Numbered from the stretch's first letter, positions 48,544 through 60,126 are shown. The stretch: DNA of 64,000 nt from an uncultured Armatimonadetes bacterium (GCA_963717145.1 OY970325.1:1600001-1664000), one strand, 5' to 3'. The notes: a model not told the origin generated them from the letters alone. A program made the numbers and translations.

Positions 48544-51182
48544 ATCCTTAGTGACCTCAATGCGCGTCGGGAAGGCGTCCTTCAACTCATCGATGTGGGT
48601 GATGACGAGGATCTTCTCGAAGTCCTCCTGGATCGAGTTGATCGCATCGACGAGCTTCTCCCGCCCCTTGCCGTCCTGTGTGCCGAATCCCTCGTCGATG
48701 ATGAGCGTCTGAAGCCGCGCGCCGGCTCGGCGTGCGAGCAGCTTGGAGAGCGCGATCCGGAGAGCGAAGTTGACCCGGAACGCCTCCCCGCCGCTGTAAA
48801 GCTCATAGCTCCGAGTGCCCATCTCGTCGCTGATCTTGATATCTAGGGTCTCCGCCGTGCCGCCGGTCTTCTTGTCGCGGACGGTCTCGAAGCTGACCTG
48901 CATGGCATTGTCGGTCATGCGGGCAAGCAGGGAGTTGGCCTCGTCCTGGATCTCGGGGATCGCGTTCTCGATGATCAGCGCCTGAACGCCCTTCTTGCCG
49001 AACGCCGCGACGAGATCGGTGTAGACCTGTCTATCTTTCTTCGCCTGATCGAGTTCCTTGCGTCGGGCGGCGGTCTGCTTCCTGAGCAACTTGCACCGTT
49101 CGACCGACTGCTCCAGGCGCGCGATCCGACCGGTCAGTTCCCGGTCGTTCTCCCTGAGGGTCCGGAGCGATGCCGATGCCTGACTCAACTCCGACGCCAC
49201 CGCGGGTAGGTCGGTGATCGCCGTTTGCAGCTCCCGGACCGATCGCTCCGAGTCGGCGATCGACTTCCTTCGCGCGTCGATCAGATCGGCGATGCCCCGG
49301 AGGCTCGACTCGTCGGCGGGGAGATTCGCTTCGGCGGCCTTGAGGGTCGCGGCGAGCGCCTCGAACTGCCTCAGACCCTCGACCTCCGTCTTGAGCGCGC
49401 CATGTTTCGATTCATCGTACTGCAGTCCCCCGATCCGCGATTGGATCTCCTTGACCTGAACCCGCATGTCCCGCGCGTAGTCGTCCGATTCCAGCTTCTT
49501 GCCGAGATCCGCCAGCCGCTCGCGGAGTTGTGGCTCCGCCTTGCGGGACTCCTCGGCCTGAGAGACGATGTGCTCGGCCCTTGCCAGCCGGTTGCGCAGA
49601 TCGAGGCCATCGCTGAGCGCCTTTTCGAGCGAGTCCAACTCCGACTGAGCCGCGTCACGCCTGCGTTTGGCCTCAGCGCCGTCGAGCCTGACTTGCTTGA
49701 TGCGGCCCTCGGTCTCCTCGATCTGGCGGCGATAATCTGCAATCAGATGCTCGTGTTTGTCGTGGCCGAGTTCGCTCTTGCAGAGCGGGCATTCCGCGCC
49801 GGGCTGTGAGATCAGTTCGAGTTTCTCCTTGAGTTCAACGAGCGCCGTGCCGAGATGATCGTTCTCCGCCTTCAATCGACCCCACTGATCGGATATGCTG
49901 CCCAACTCGGCCTGGAGCGCGGTCCGCTTCAACGCCATCTCATCGAGCCTCGTTACCTCTGCTCGGAGCGATTCGATGTCCTTGACGGCAGCGGCGGCGG
50001 CATCCAGCCTCGCCTGCAGCTCGGACAGCTCGCGGGTCACCGAGGCGAGATCGGCCTCGATCCGATGTTTCTCCGTGGCGATCCCCTGCTCCAGGCGCGA
50101 TCTCTCGACCTCCAGCTTGCGGACTTCCTCCAGGCACTTCTCGAACCGGACGATCTGCTCGCGGGTATCCCTGAGGCGCGCGACACCCTCCACGATGCGT
50201 TCCTTGTCGACCAGGACCTCCCGTCCGCGGGCGACCCGCTGCTCCTGGTCGATGCGCTGGGAGTCGAGGTTGCGCACCTCGGTCTGCAAACCGGTAACTT
50301 GGGCCTCGATCTCCTTGACGCGTTTCGACTTGGCGTCGAGGTCGGCCTGCCGTGACTGGAGGTCGCGGACCTTCTCCTCGGCTTTCGACAACTCGGCTTC
50401 GAGGGTCTCGCGCTCGGCCTTCGCATTCTTGAGCCCCGACTTCCATTCGTCCTCGCGCGCGATCTCGCATTCGGACAGCTCGATCTCCCTGGTCAACTCG
50501 GTCACGCGGATGTCGGACTCGTTTCGGCGGTCCTTCGCCTTCTGCTCGAGGATGTCGTATCGGCTGAGATCGAGGATGTCGGCAAGGATGGTCTTCCGGT
50601 CCTTGACGCTCTTCTTGGTGAACTCATCCGCCCTGCCCTGCTGGATGTATGCCGAGTTGATGAACGTGTCGTAATCCATGTGGAGGATGCGCTGGATCTG
50701 CCGAGCCGTATCGCGAACACCCTGGCCCGTAAGGGAGCGCCAGGAGGGGGAGAGGGGGCGAGGGGGCGAGGGGGCGATATCCAGTTCCCCCTGCTCTTCT
50801 CCGTGTCCTCCGTGCCTCCGTGGTTCCCCATCCGGCTCTTCTCTGTGCTCTCTGTGACTCTGTGGTCCCCGCTCTCCGCGATGTAGATCTCCCAGAGGTT
50901 GCCGGAACTGCGCTTGCTCCGTGCTCGAATCACCCGGTAGAGATCGTTGTTCAGCTCGAAGTCGAAGGTGACGCGCATCTCATCCGCGCCGAGGCGGATC
51001 AGCTCGTCGGAGCCCGCGCGCGCCTGATCCCAGAGCACCCATGTGATCGCGTCGAGGATCGCCGACTTGCCGTTTCCGTTGTCGCCACACAGGCACGCGA
51101 GGTGGACGCCGGTCAGGTCGAGCGGCATGACGTTCTCGCCGTAGCTCATAAAGTTCTTCAGTTCGAGACGGATTGGAATCAT
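48514..51182 (-). CDS. sbcC: SbcC/Rad50 SMC-family ATPase; frame broken inside a repeat insertion at about 50741-50867
   Basis: Walker A GDNGNGKS, Q-loop, CPLC zinc hook, SGGE signature, IIDEGFGTQD. Confidence 0.92.
50741..50867. repeat. 8-mer (CGAGGGGG) and 8/9-mer (CTCYGTG..) tandem repeats inside sbcC
   Basis: GGAGGGGG AGAGGGGG CGAGGGGG CGAGGGGG; CTCCGTG x3; CTCTGTG x3. Confidence 0.8.
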
Positions 51183-51185
51183 GGT

Positions 51186-51629
51186 TTAGTGCCCGTCTTG
51201 ACCCTGACGGAGGAGTTCGATCAACTCATCTACTCCTCCCTGCAGATCGGTTGTAACAGCGAAGCGCTTCACCTTCGCACCATCTGCGAATCGGACCTCT
51301 ACCCAACCAGGTTCCCACCATTTCTTCTTCACTTGCCTGACATCCTGGATAGAGAACTCGCAGTATTTCCGGAATCTGAACAAAGACACCTGTCCGTCGC
51401 TAACTTCGACTGCAACTGGAAGCTCCTTGATGTGAAATCGCATGTAGTACAACGCCGCCAGAGATAGCAGGAGCGACAGCACCACTCCCACGAACCGGGA
51501 CATCTCTGGCAGGAACGTGGACGCACCCCACACATAGCCCACGAACGATCCCACAGCGATGAGATAGGGAAGCGATAGGTACACGACTGTCAGCCACAAC
51601 GGGTAGACGTACCGTCTGGTGGTTACCAT
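51186..51629 (-). CDS. Hypothetical membrane protein (2 TM plus a small beta domain)
   Basis: Fills the gap between sbcD and sbcC with 3-4 nt spacing. Confidence 0.7.
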   Translation of the reverse strand: MVTTRRYVYPLWLTVVYLSLPYLIAVGSFVGYVWGASTFLPEMSRFVGVVLSLLLSLAALYYMRFHIKELPVAVEVSDGQVSLFRFRKYCEFSIQDVRQVKKKWWEPGWVEVRFADGAKVKRFAVTTDLQGGVDELIELLRQGQDGH

Positions 51630-51633
51630 ATAG

Positions 51634-52872
51634 CTAGCTCACTCTCTCCTCCGCGAGGAGTTCCTGGATAAGCGGTTTCGCGTAGTCCAGCAGTTCGGAC
51701 TTCCGCTCGCCGAGGCCTTCCCTCGTGTCGAGATACATCTCCAGCGCCTGGGAGGGATCGAGGCCCTCGTTCAGGAGCTTGTTGCGCGTCAGTTGACGGT
51801 CGTCCTGGACATCACGCGTCAGGGAGACGACGAGGAACGCCTTCGAAAGCGCCTCCTTGATCTCCGACTCGCGGATCAGGTCGAGCTTCGAGCGCGGGAT
51901 GCGATAGATCAGCTTCACGACGGCATCGTCGATCTCACGCTCGCCGATCGCCTTCAATACCTTCTCGGTCGGGTCGTCCACGTCGGCATCCACCTCGATC
52001 TCGATGAACGGGCGCACATCGACGGGGACGTGCTCGTACTCCGCCGAGCCTTTGGTCAGATGCACCAGGACGAAGCCCTTCGGCTCGTCCTTCTCGCTGA
52101 AATCCATACGGTCGGTGCTGCCACAATAAACCACCGGCGGCTGAGCGCGCTTATTCAGGTCCTGAAACTTGTGGATATGCCCCATCGCCACGTAGTCGAA
52201 CTCGGGGCGGGCGACCGTGCTCACCAGCACCTCGGGCTCGGCAACGTTCAGGTACGCCGGTCGCGAGCCGACCTTCGCGTTCTTCAGCCAGAAATGCCCG
52301 AGCAGAACCGATGGGATGCCCGGCTCGAGCTTACTGATGAGGTACTCGACGTACTCGCCGTACTTCGCGACCATCAGGTCGGTGGTCTCCTCGATCGTCT
52401 TGCTCTTGGCCTCCTCGCGGGCGAGTACGTTGCTTCGAAGCAGATACGGCATCCCCGCGACCTGCACCGGACCGGCGGCGGTCTCGATGCGCAGCACCTC
52501 CGGCCGGCTGATGATGCTGACGTTCTCGACCCCGAGCGTGCCGTAGATCTCGAGGGCATTCGCGCGCGCCTTCGCGTTCGGGACATCGTGGTTGCCGGTG
52601 AGCATCACGACGGGGATGTGGGCCTGAGTCAGTCGCCGGATGCACGAGGCGAACTCGCGCTGATGGGTCTGGTTCGGATCGCGCGACTTATAGGCGTCGC
52701 CCGCAAAGAGCGCCAGGTGAACCCCGGCCTCCAGCGCCTTAGTGACACAGGCGTCGAGCGACTTCCTGAAGTCGAGCAGCCGGGTATTCAGCCCGGTCTC
52801 GGGATCCGGCTTGCCGTATGCCTCGATGCCAAAGTGGACATCGCCGAAGTGCATGATCTGGAGATGGTTCAT
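51634..52872 (-). CDS. sbcD: SbcD/Mre11 nuclease subunit (start could be 52938, within repeats)
   Basis: DVHFG, AGD, GNHD, GHIH, YCGS..MDFSE. Confidence 0.93.
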   Translation of the reverse strand: MNHLQIMHFGDVHFGIEAYGKPDPETGLNTRLLDFRKSLDACVTKALEAGVHLALFAGDAYKSRDPNQTHQREFASCIRRLTQAHIPVVMLTGNHDVPNAKARANALEIYGTLGVENVSIISRPEVLRIETAAGPVQVAGMPYLLRSNVLAREEAKSKTIEETTDLMVAKYGEYVEYLISKLEPGIPSVLLGHFWLKNAKVGSRPAYLNVAEPEVLVSTVARPEFDYVAMGHIHKFQDLNKRAQPPVVYCGSTDRMDFSEKDEPKGFVLVHLTKGSAEYEHVPVDVRPFIEIEVDADVDDPTEKVLKAIGEREIDDAVVKLIYRIPRSKLDLIRESEIKEALSKAFLVVSLTRDVQDDRQLTRNKLLNEGLDPSQALEMYLDTREGLGERKSELLDYAKPLIQELLAEERVS

Positions 52873-52939
52873 GGTTGATGGTTCATGGTTGATGGGGAGC
52901 ATTCGGCCATCAGCCATCAACCATGAACCATTAACCATT
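52863..52939. repeat. Inverted pair of heptamer tandem repeats
   Basis: ATGGTTC/ATGGTTG x4 ... CCATCAG CCATCAA CCATGAA CCATTAA. Confidence 0.8.
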
Positions 52940-53043
52940 CCCCCGCATTCTCCCTGCAAACGGCTGAGGACGTTTACTCCCGGCGGCTCTCGGGGAACAC
53001 TCTTGCTGGTTCACTTCTTAGCCAAACATGCCCGCGAGGTCCC

Positions 53044-54026
53044 ATGAGTTCTACCGAGCAATCGAAAGTGGCGTTCGACAAGGCCGAGATCCTCGAGATG
53101 CATCGGACAATGGTCCTGATCCGGCTCTTCGAGGAACGCGCCATGGAGATGTACACCAAGGGCAAGATCGGCGGGTTTCTGCACCTCTACATCGGGCAGG
53201 AGGCCGTCGGTGTCGGGTTCATCTCAGCTCTCCGTGAAGACGACTACGTCGTCGGCGCATACCGCGAGCACGGACAGTGTCTGGCGAAGGGCACCGACCC
53301 GAAGTACGTCATGGCCGAGTTGTACGGGAAGTCCACCGGCATCTCCAAAGGCAAGGGCGGGTCGATGCACATGTTCGACGTGGAGCACGGCTTCATGGGC
53401 GGACACGGGATCGTCGGCGGCGGGATGCCTCTCGCGGCCGGGGTCGGGTTCGCCATCAGGTACCGTGATGGAGACCAGGTCTGCGTCTGCTTCTTCGGTG
53501 ACGGCGCGGTCAATGAGGGCGCGTTTCACGAGGCGATGAACATGGTCTCGCTTTGGAAACTGCCCGTGATATATGTGCTCGAGAACAACTTCTATGGCAT
53601 GGGCACGCCGGTCTACCGGGCCTCGTCGATCCCCGACCTGATCCGCCGAGTGTGCTCCTACGACATCGAGCGCGAGCAGGTGGACGGCATGGACGTCCTC
53701 GCCGTGCGCGAATGTGCCCAACGGACGATCCAGAGGGCGCGCATGGACAAGGAGCCGCGGTTCGTCGAGGCGATCACGTACAGGTATCGCGGACACTCGA
53801 TCTCCGATCCCGGCAACTATCGGACGAAGGAAGAGATCGAGGAGTGGCGGGAGCGCGACCCGATCACCCGCATCGAAGGCTACCTGCGGGATAACGGCAC
53901 GGCCTCAGACGACGAGATCAAGCGGGTCTACGACGAGGCGGCGGCACGGCTCCGGAGGCCGTGGACTTCGCCGAGGAGAGTCCATTCCCGCCTCCCGAGG
54001 CACTCCACGAGGATGTCTATGCTTGA
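53044..54026 (+). CDS. pdhA: Pyruvate dehydrogenase E1 alpha; one base missing near 53950
   Basis: GFLHLYIGQEA, GDGA..N, TYRYRGHS; shifted frame gives EAVDFAEESPFPPPEALHEDVYA-stop. Confidence 0.93.
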
Positions 54027-54032
54027 TCTGTC

Positions 54033-54135
54033 GCCACCGTCCTTCGTTACGCTTCGCACTCAGGACTGACGGGTTACGACCTCGCAAGAGAGAACCCGTC
54101 AGTCCTGAGTGCGAAGCGTAACGAAGGACGGTGGC
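54033..54135. repeat. Perfect 43-bp-arm palindrome, family J
   Basis: GCCACCGTCCTTCGTTACGCTTCGCACTCAGGACTGACGGGTT and its exact complement. Confidence 0.9.
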
Positions 54136-54150
54136 ATAGGAGTTGCAGGA

Positions 54151-55131
54151 ATGGCTCAGATCACCTACAGAGAAGCGCTCAATCAGGCGATGAGAGAAGA
54201 GATGCTCCGGGATGACGACATCTTCATCATCGGTGAGGAAGTCGGCGAGTACGGCGGCGCATACAAGGTCACCCAGGGGCTCTTCGACGAGTTCGGCGAC
54301 CGGCGTGTGGTGGATACGCCGATCTCCGAGGAAGGTATCGCAGGCGTCGGAATCGGAGCGGCGATGCTGGGCCTCCGACCGATCATCGAAATGATGACCG
54401 TCAACTTCTCGATGCTCGCCATCGATCAGATCGTCAACCACGGGTCCAAGCTGCGCTACATGTCCGGTGGACAGCTTCAGATCGCTGCGGTGATCCGAGC
54501 GCCCCAGGGAGCGGGTCTGCAACTCGGGGCTCAACATTCGAACAGCCTGGAGTCGTGGTACGCGCACGTCCCCGGCCTCAAAGTAGTCTGTCCCGGAACG
54601 CCGGCTGACGCGAAGGGCCTGCTGAAGAGTTCGATCCGCGACGGAAACCTCGTGATATTCCTCGAGAACGAGGCGATATACGGCAGCAAGGGCGAGGTTC
54701 CGGACGGCGAGTACCTGACTCCGCTCGGCAAGGCGGACATCAAGCGGCCGGGAAAAGACATCACGATCATCACATACTCTCGAATGCTCACGCTCGTGAT
54801 GAAGGCGGCCGAACAGCTCGCAGGCGAGGGCATTGACGCCGAGGTCGTCGACTTGATGACTATCAGGCCGATGGACACGGAGACCGTCGTGGACTCGGTC
54901 AAGAAGACGCATAAGGCAGTCATCGTCGAAGAGGACTGGCGGTCGTTCGGCGCGGGCGGGGAGATCGCGGCGATCATTCAGGAGCAGGCGTTCGACCACC
55001 TCGACGCCCCGGTAATGCGCGTGGCGTCGGAGGAGGTGCCGATGCCGTACTCGAAGCCGCTCGAGCAGTTGGCCCTCCCGCAGGTGGACAAGATCGTAGC
55101 TTCGGTCAGGAGAATCATGGGGAACGGTTGA
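54151..55131 (+). CDS. pdhB: Pyruvate dehydrogenase E1 beta
   Basis: GEEVG, DTPISE, QHS, LDAPV. Confidence 0.95.
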   Translation: MAQITYREALNQAMREEMLRDDDIFIIGEEVGEYGGAYKVTQGLFDEFGDRRVVDTPISEEGIAGVGIGAAMLGLRPIIEMMTVNFSMLAIDQIVNHGSKLRYMSGGQLQIAAVIRAPQGAGLQLGAQHSNSLESWYAHVPGLKVVCPGTPADAKGLLKSSIRDGNLVIFLENEAIYGSKGEVPDGEYLTPLGKADIKRPGKDITIITYSRMLTLVMKAAEQLAGEGIDAEVVDLMTIRPMDTETVVDSVKKTHKAVIVEEDWRSFGAGGEIAAIIQEQAFDHLDAPVMRVASEEVPMPYSKPLEQLALPQVDKIVASVRRIMGNG

Positions 55132-55240
55132 TCCCACCGTCGTTCGGGCAGGAGTTGAACTCCTGCACGGCAGACTCGGCGTGCAGGAGTTCAACTCCTG
55201 CCCGAACGACGGTGGGATCAACCATGAACCACTAACCATT
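55126..55240. repeat. Family F doublet (44-bp arms, 55126-55223) followed by heptamer repeats
   Basis: CGTTCGGGCAGGAGTTGAACTCCTGC arms, as at 16711; then CCATGAA CCACTAA CCATT. Confidence 0.88.
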
Positions 55241-55264
55241 TCCCCATTCCCTTGGAGGTTTGCC

Positions 55265-56532
55265 ATGTCTGAGATCACGATGCCGAAGATGAGCGATACG
55301 ATGGAGGAGGGCAAGGTCATCCGCTGGCTGAAGAATGCGGGCGACCGGGTGGCCCAGGGAGAGCCGATCGCCGAGATCGAGACCGACAAGGCGAACGTCG
55401 AGATGGAAGCATTCGAGGCGGGAGTCCTTGGGGATGTCCTCGTTCATGAGGGCGATACCGTGCCTGTCGGTGCGGTCATGGCAACGATCGAGGCCGTCGG
55501 AACGCCCTCAGCGCCGCCCCAGGAAGCCAAGCCCGTCGAGGAACAGCCTGTTGCCCCTCCACAGGTCGCCGCCGAACAGCCGCCGCCGGAAGCGACTCGA
55601 CCTGTGCCTCCGGTGATCGAGCAGCCGATCGAATCGCCCGAGGAAGAGCGCGTCAAGGCATCCCCGCTCGCGCGGAGGATGGCGGAAGAGAACGGCATCG
55701 ATCTCGCCAGGATCCAGGGCACCGGCCCGAATGGTCGGATCGTCGAAGCGGATGTCGAGAAGCTCCTGGGACAGGCCAAGGCTCCGGAGGCGCCCCGACT
55801 CAGGCTCCCCCACCCCAGGCCGCTCCGAGACCCGCGCCGAAAACAGACGTTCCGTCCGAAGAGGTCGAACTCAGCAAGATGCGCAAGACGATCGCCCACC
55901 GGATGAGCCTGAGCAAGCAGACGATCCCGCACTTCTACATCACCGTCGAGATCGAGATGGACTGGGCCGCGAGGGTCCGCGACGAGTTGAACTCGATGGA
56001 TGAGAGCCTGCCCAGGGTCTCGTTCACGGATATGATCATCAAGGCGGCGGCACTTACCCTGAGGGACTTCCCGCTGATCAACGCCTCGTTTGCCGACGAT
56101 AAGCTGCTCGTCCACAAGGAGATCAACGTCGGAATGGCCGTTGCGCTCGACGACGGGCTACTCGTGCCGGTGATCCACAACGCCGATCAGAAAGACCTGC
56201 GCGAGATGGCCGTCAACACGAAGGAACTGGCGGAGCGCGCTCGGTCGAACACCGGGCGCATGTCTGACTACACCGACGGGACGTTCACCGTCTCGAATCT
56301 GGGCATGTTCGATGTCGAGGAGTTCGCGTCTATCATCAACCCGCCGGAAGCGGCGTCGCTCGCGGTCGGCACGATCGCGGACAAGGCGGTCGTGATCGAT
56401 GGGGAGATCGCAGTGTCGAAGCGGATGAGGGCGACTCTGTCGGGCGACCACCGGGTGATGGATGGCGCGGTCGCGGCAAAGTTCATGCAGGCATTCAAGA
56501 AGAAGCTCGAATCCCCGGTCAGTCTCATCTGA
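55265..56532 (+). CDS. pdhC: Dihydrolipoamide acetyltransferase E2; one base missing near 55795
   Basis: Lipoyl ETDKA, E3-binding ASPLARR..GTGPNGRI, catalytic DHRVMDG. Confidence 0.93.
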
Positions 56533-56780
56533 ACACAGAAACACAGAAGGGGGAGGAAAGCACGGAACATTCTTTATGAGGAAGCCAGGAAACTAGGAAA
56601 CCAGGAATTGGGGATTGGGCGAAAGGCAAGACTCCGGATCTTCAGTTTTCCCTTTCATGGCTTCCTGGATTCCTGGCTTCCTGAGAGATGAAATCCCATC
56701 CGCTTCATGGTTTCCTAGTCTCCTGGCTTCCTCATAAAGAAGTCTCCGTGTTTTCTTCCCCCTTCTGTGCTTCTGTGTTC
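56531..56780. repeat. About 250-bp imperfect nested palindrome made of 9-mer repeats between convergent genes
   Basis: GAACACAGAAACACAGAAGGGG..TCTTTATGAGGAAGCCAGGA pairs with TCCTGGCTTCCTCATAAAGA..CCCCTTCTGTGCTTCTGTGTTC. Confidence 0.8.
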
Positions 56781-56787
56781 TCCCCGA

Positions 56788-59700
56788 TCAATCGAAGAGC
56801 ACGTTGAAGTCGAGCTGGCAGGTGATGTCATCGGCGTTCGCCGTGGCGGGTTTCGGGCCGTCCCAGTCGGTGAACGTCCCGCTGAACGTGAAGAAATGGT
56901 CCGCGCTGATCGTCTGGTCGTACTTCACTTTGTAGGTGCTCGCGGTGGTCCTGCCGCCGGGCGTCACCACTCTGTCGTAGCCGTAAGAAACCTCGACGGC
57001 GGTCAGTGTATCCAGTCTGCCCGCGATCCCGAGGCTGAATTGTGTCCTGTCCGTCCGCGCCTGGTAGTTTCGCCCGTCTTCCCACTGACCGATGAGGTTC
57101 AGCGTCTTGCTGAGGGTCGTCGTCAGCCTCAACCGCTCGACGCCGATCGGCTCGAACTTCCCTTCCTTCTCGTTATAACTGGTGTAGAGGTAACTCAGCG
57201 CCGTGTTCGCGCTGAACTTGTAGTCTGCCGTGTAGCTCCGCAGCAGGATCGACTGGGCCCGGCCCGGATCGACGACCTTGTATGCGAGTGCGTAGTGTAG
57301 CTTGTTCGCGGGGTTCGGGTCGCCGACGATGCTGAACGATCTGACGATCGGCGTCTTTCCCTCCTTGGTTATGATGCCCGAATAAGAAACCGCGACCTTG
57401 TTCTTCAAGACCGTGCTCTCAACCGACGCCTGCTGAGTCCTGGTCTCCACCTTGTCACGATTCTTGACCTCGGCATACTTGGCGCTCCAGTTCACGCCCT
57501 TGAAGATGCCGAAGTCCCTGGCCGCGGGCGGCGAGAAGCTCAACTCCCGGATCTTGCCGACCGTCGCGCCGTTCAGAACGGTCTCGCCGAATCGGGCCGA
57601 CAGTGCGTATCCGCCGAGCACCTTTCCGGTGACGCCGTAGTCCTGGACGACGGTCTGGTCATTCTGAGTGTCCACCGTTCTTCGCATCCCACTGAATGCC
57701 AGACTCGGCGTGAGGTTCGTTCCAAGGGTGAAGACCTTCACCTTCTCGAACGTCTCATCGCTCTTCTCGATGCTGTTCATGTCGCCGGTGAACCTCACTC
57801 GCTGCTTCGGGTCGTTGTTCACGTGATACGTGCTGATCTTCACCTGCTGCTCGGAGCCATCGAGAGCGGTCGTCGTTTTCGTGTCCATCAGGCCCTTGAA
57901 CTCGAGCGCGCCGATCGCAGCGACCTTGATCTTGTCATCGAGCTTGTACATTTCGTGGAGGAATGTGCCGAATGCATCGGATGTCCCCGCCTCATCCTGA
58001 TACCGGAACAGGGTGACCTGCGGCCCGTTCGCGGGATTGTAAGTCAACTGGTTTCTGAGCTGTTTTCTGAACTTGTCCTGTGTCGCGTGCTGCGCATCGT
58101 ACCAGAAGCTCTGGAGCGAAAGAGCCTTATTCACCTGGTAGTTCAGCGCCGCGTCATACCGCTTCATTCCCTGTTCCGCGACCATGGCCTGCCGGTCCGC
58201 ATCGGCGAGGTCCATGATCCTTGTGAACTCAGGATCGATGCTCTGGTAGTTGGCCTTGAGATCGAACTTCGAGCCCTTCAGCGCCAACCCGTACTTCACC
58301 GCGTCGCCATTGTCGTCGCCCACCCTGGCGAATGAACTGGCGATGCTCAGTCCGGACTTGAGGCTCATCGCGCCGGTGAGATTCATCCGGTCCATGCCGT
58401 ATTCATTGCCGAAGCTCGCCTTCTCTGTCGGTGAGAGCATGCCGAGCTTCTTGAAATCTTTGTCTATCTGCTGCATGAACCCGGACAGGCTGAATCCCTT
58501 GCCCTGCATGCCGAACGACTGGCGGCTGAGGCCTGCCGAGTCGTCGCCGAGGTCCAACATCTGGAGGGATGCAACGCCACTCGCCAGCTTCAGGTTGCCT
58601 CCGATGTTCCTTCGCTCGATCCCGGTCTCGCGTGCTGCGTGCTCCATGTCTTCCTTGGTAACGCTGCCCGCAACCGCGTTCGGATCGAACTCGCGTCGGA
58701 TTCGCAGGGCGATATCTCTCACGTCATCGGGACTCAGGCTGCCGAGCCGCTTGAAACCTGCATCGACCTTCGACTGCGAGGCCGTCAGCCCGAAGTTCGC
58801 TCCGGCGAAGTTGAGCGACTGGAACGAAATGTTGCCGCTCGCATCCGAGATCTGTCCCCATCCGAGACCGTTCCACGCGGCATCCTTGGCCATTCCCTTC
58901 CCGGGCGCCAGACTCAACTGGTAGCTCGACCGGCTCATGCCCTTTTCCTTGGCCCACTGATCGCGCTCCCCTTCCGCGAGGCTGGCAAATCGGCTGAATC
59001 CCGTCTCGACCTCCTGGAACCTCGCATTCAGTTTGACCGAGCCGCTACCGATGTTGAACGACCTGAGCAGGATGTCGCCGCCTTTATCCCCTATCGTCTT
59101 CCAATCGACGCCGGTCTGCGCGCCGTTGCCGAGATCGAGTCCTGCGCTGAAACCGAGGCGCGTGATGCCCTTCTCCTTCTCGAGTTGCTTAAGCACGTCG
59201 ACAGGAGCAGCGTTCTGATCGCGGAGTGACGCGAATCCCGCGAAGTCCTGCCCGACCTTCTGGAAGTCGGTCTTGAGTGAGAGCTTGCCGAACGAGAGAC
59301 TCGAGTTGTGGAGGAGCATATTGTCCCCTTTCGGGGCTTCCGCGGTCTGCTTCTCACCACTCTGAAGCGCCTGGAGAGACACACGGCCGGACTGCTTCGG
59401 CGACGAGGTGTAGAACATGTTCTTCATGCTCGAGTTCGCGCCGAGGGTGGTCGTCAGATTCGCCCCGAACGTAAGCAGGTCGTACTGCGAGTTCTGTCCG
59501 AGCGACATGCCGCTTCGATAGTCGTAAGTGATGCCGAGCGCGCTGCTCTGCCCGATACTGAGCGACAGGGTCGGCGCTCCGATGATCGCGCGCTGGCCCT
59601 CCTTGCCGGGGACGTACCGGTATGTGATGCGGATCATCTGGCTCGGTTTGACGGCGTCGACGAACATCAGCGTGCCGTTGATGCAGTCGAGGTAGTAGTC

Positions 59701-60012
59701 GCGGCTCCGACGCTTCGAGCTTCCGTCGACAGTGACGGTCTCGCTGTTCGGGACGACGTTCGCATGGCTGAGGACGTAACCGGCGCGGGTGCCGTTGCCT
59801 ATGATGCCATCATTGGCGTTGACTCCGCGCTCTTTCGAGAGGGCGTCGATCGTGGCTTTCTGGTCGGCATTCATGGCCTCGGTATAAGACGACCGAAAAC
59901 TCACCAGTGCATCGTCAGCACTGCTGAGTTGTTGTGTACGCCCATATACCGACAGCCCGAGCACTAGAAACGCGCCTAAGCCGGCGGTCCATGTTGACTT
60001 GTGTGCCTTCAA
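56788..60012 (-). CDS. Large exported beta-strand-rich protein, probably outer membrane, with five internal repeats
   Basis: Signal peptide (TTG start, GAGGTGA RBS); amphipathic beta patterns; C-terminus LDFNVLFD. Confidence 0.75.
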   Translation of the reverse strand: MKAHKSTWTAGLGAFLVLGLSVYGRTQQLSSADDALVSFRSSYTEAMNADQKATIDALSKERGVNANDGIIGNGTRAGYVLSHANVVPNSETVTVDGSSKRRSRDYYLDCINGTLMFVDAVKPSQMIRITYRYVPGKEGQRAIIGAPTLSLSIGQSSALGITYDYRSGMSLGQNSQYDLLTFGANLTTTLGANSSMKNMFYTSSPKQSGRVSLQALQSGEKQTAEAPKGDNMLLHNSSLSFGKLSLKTDFQKVGQDFAGFASLRDQNAAPVDVLKQLEKEKGITRLGFSAGLDLGNGAQTGVDWKTIGDKGGDILLRSFNIGSGSVKLNARFQEVETGFSRFASLAEGERDQWAKEKGMSRSSYQLSLAPGKGMAKDAAWNGLGWGQISDASGNISFQSLNFAGANFGLTASQSKVDAGFKRLGSLSPDDVRDIALRIRREFDPNAVAGSVTKEDMEHAARETGIERRNIGGNLKLASGVASLQMLDLGDDSAGLSRQSFGMQGKGFSLSGFMQQIDKDFKKLGMLSPTEKASFGNEYGMDRMNLTGAMSLKSGLSIASSFARVGDDNGDAVKYGLALKGSKFDLKANYQSIDPEFTRIMDLADADRQAMVAEQGMKRYDAALNYQVNKALSLQSFWYDAQHATQDKFRKQLRNQLTYNPANGPQVTLFRYQDEAGTSDAFGTFLHEMYKLDDKIKVAAIGALEFKGLMDTKTTTALDGSEQQVKISTYHVNNDPKQRVRFTGDMNSIEKSDETFEKVKVFTLGTNLTPSLAFSGMRRTVDTQNDQTVVQDYGVTGKVLGGYALSARFGETVLNGATVGKIRELSFSPPAARDFGIFKGVNWSAKYAEVKNRDKVETRTQQASVESTVLKNKVAVSYSGIITKEGKTPIVRSFSIVGDPNPANKLHYALAYKVVDPGRAQSILLRSYTADYKFSANTALSYLYTSYNEKEGKFEPIGVERLRLTTTLSKTLNLIGQWEDGRNYQARTDRTQFSLGIAGRLDTLTAVEVSYGYDRVVTPGGRTTASTYKVKYDQTISADHFFTFSGTFTDWDGPKPATANADDITCQLDFNVLFD

Positions 60013-60126
60013 GAGATATCACCTCGCTTTCATGATCCCGGAACTCATCCGGGACGTGATTGCGATGGGTATCAGCGAAAGCTCAGTCGCCCGGCTTTCA
60101 TTGTGCTATGAGTGCACAATGAAAGC

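Noticed and set aside
53044-56532. Missing E3 (lpdA) in the pdh cluster, and missing rsmD between recG and coaD
   Set aside because: Both are often encoded elsewhere; absence from one window is uninformative.
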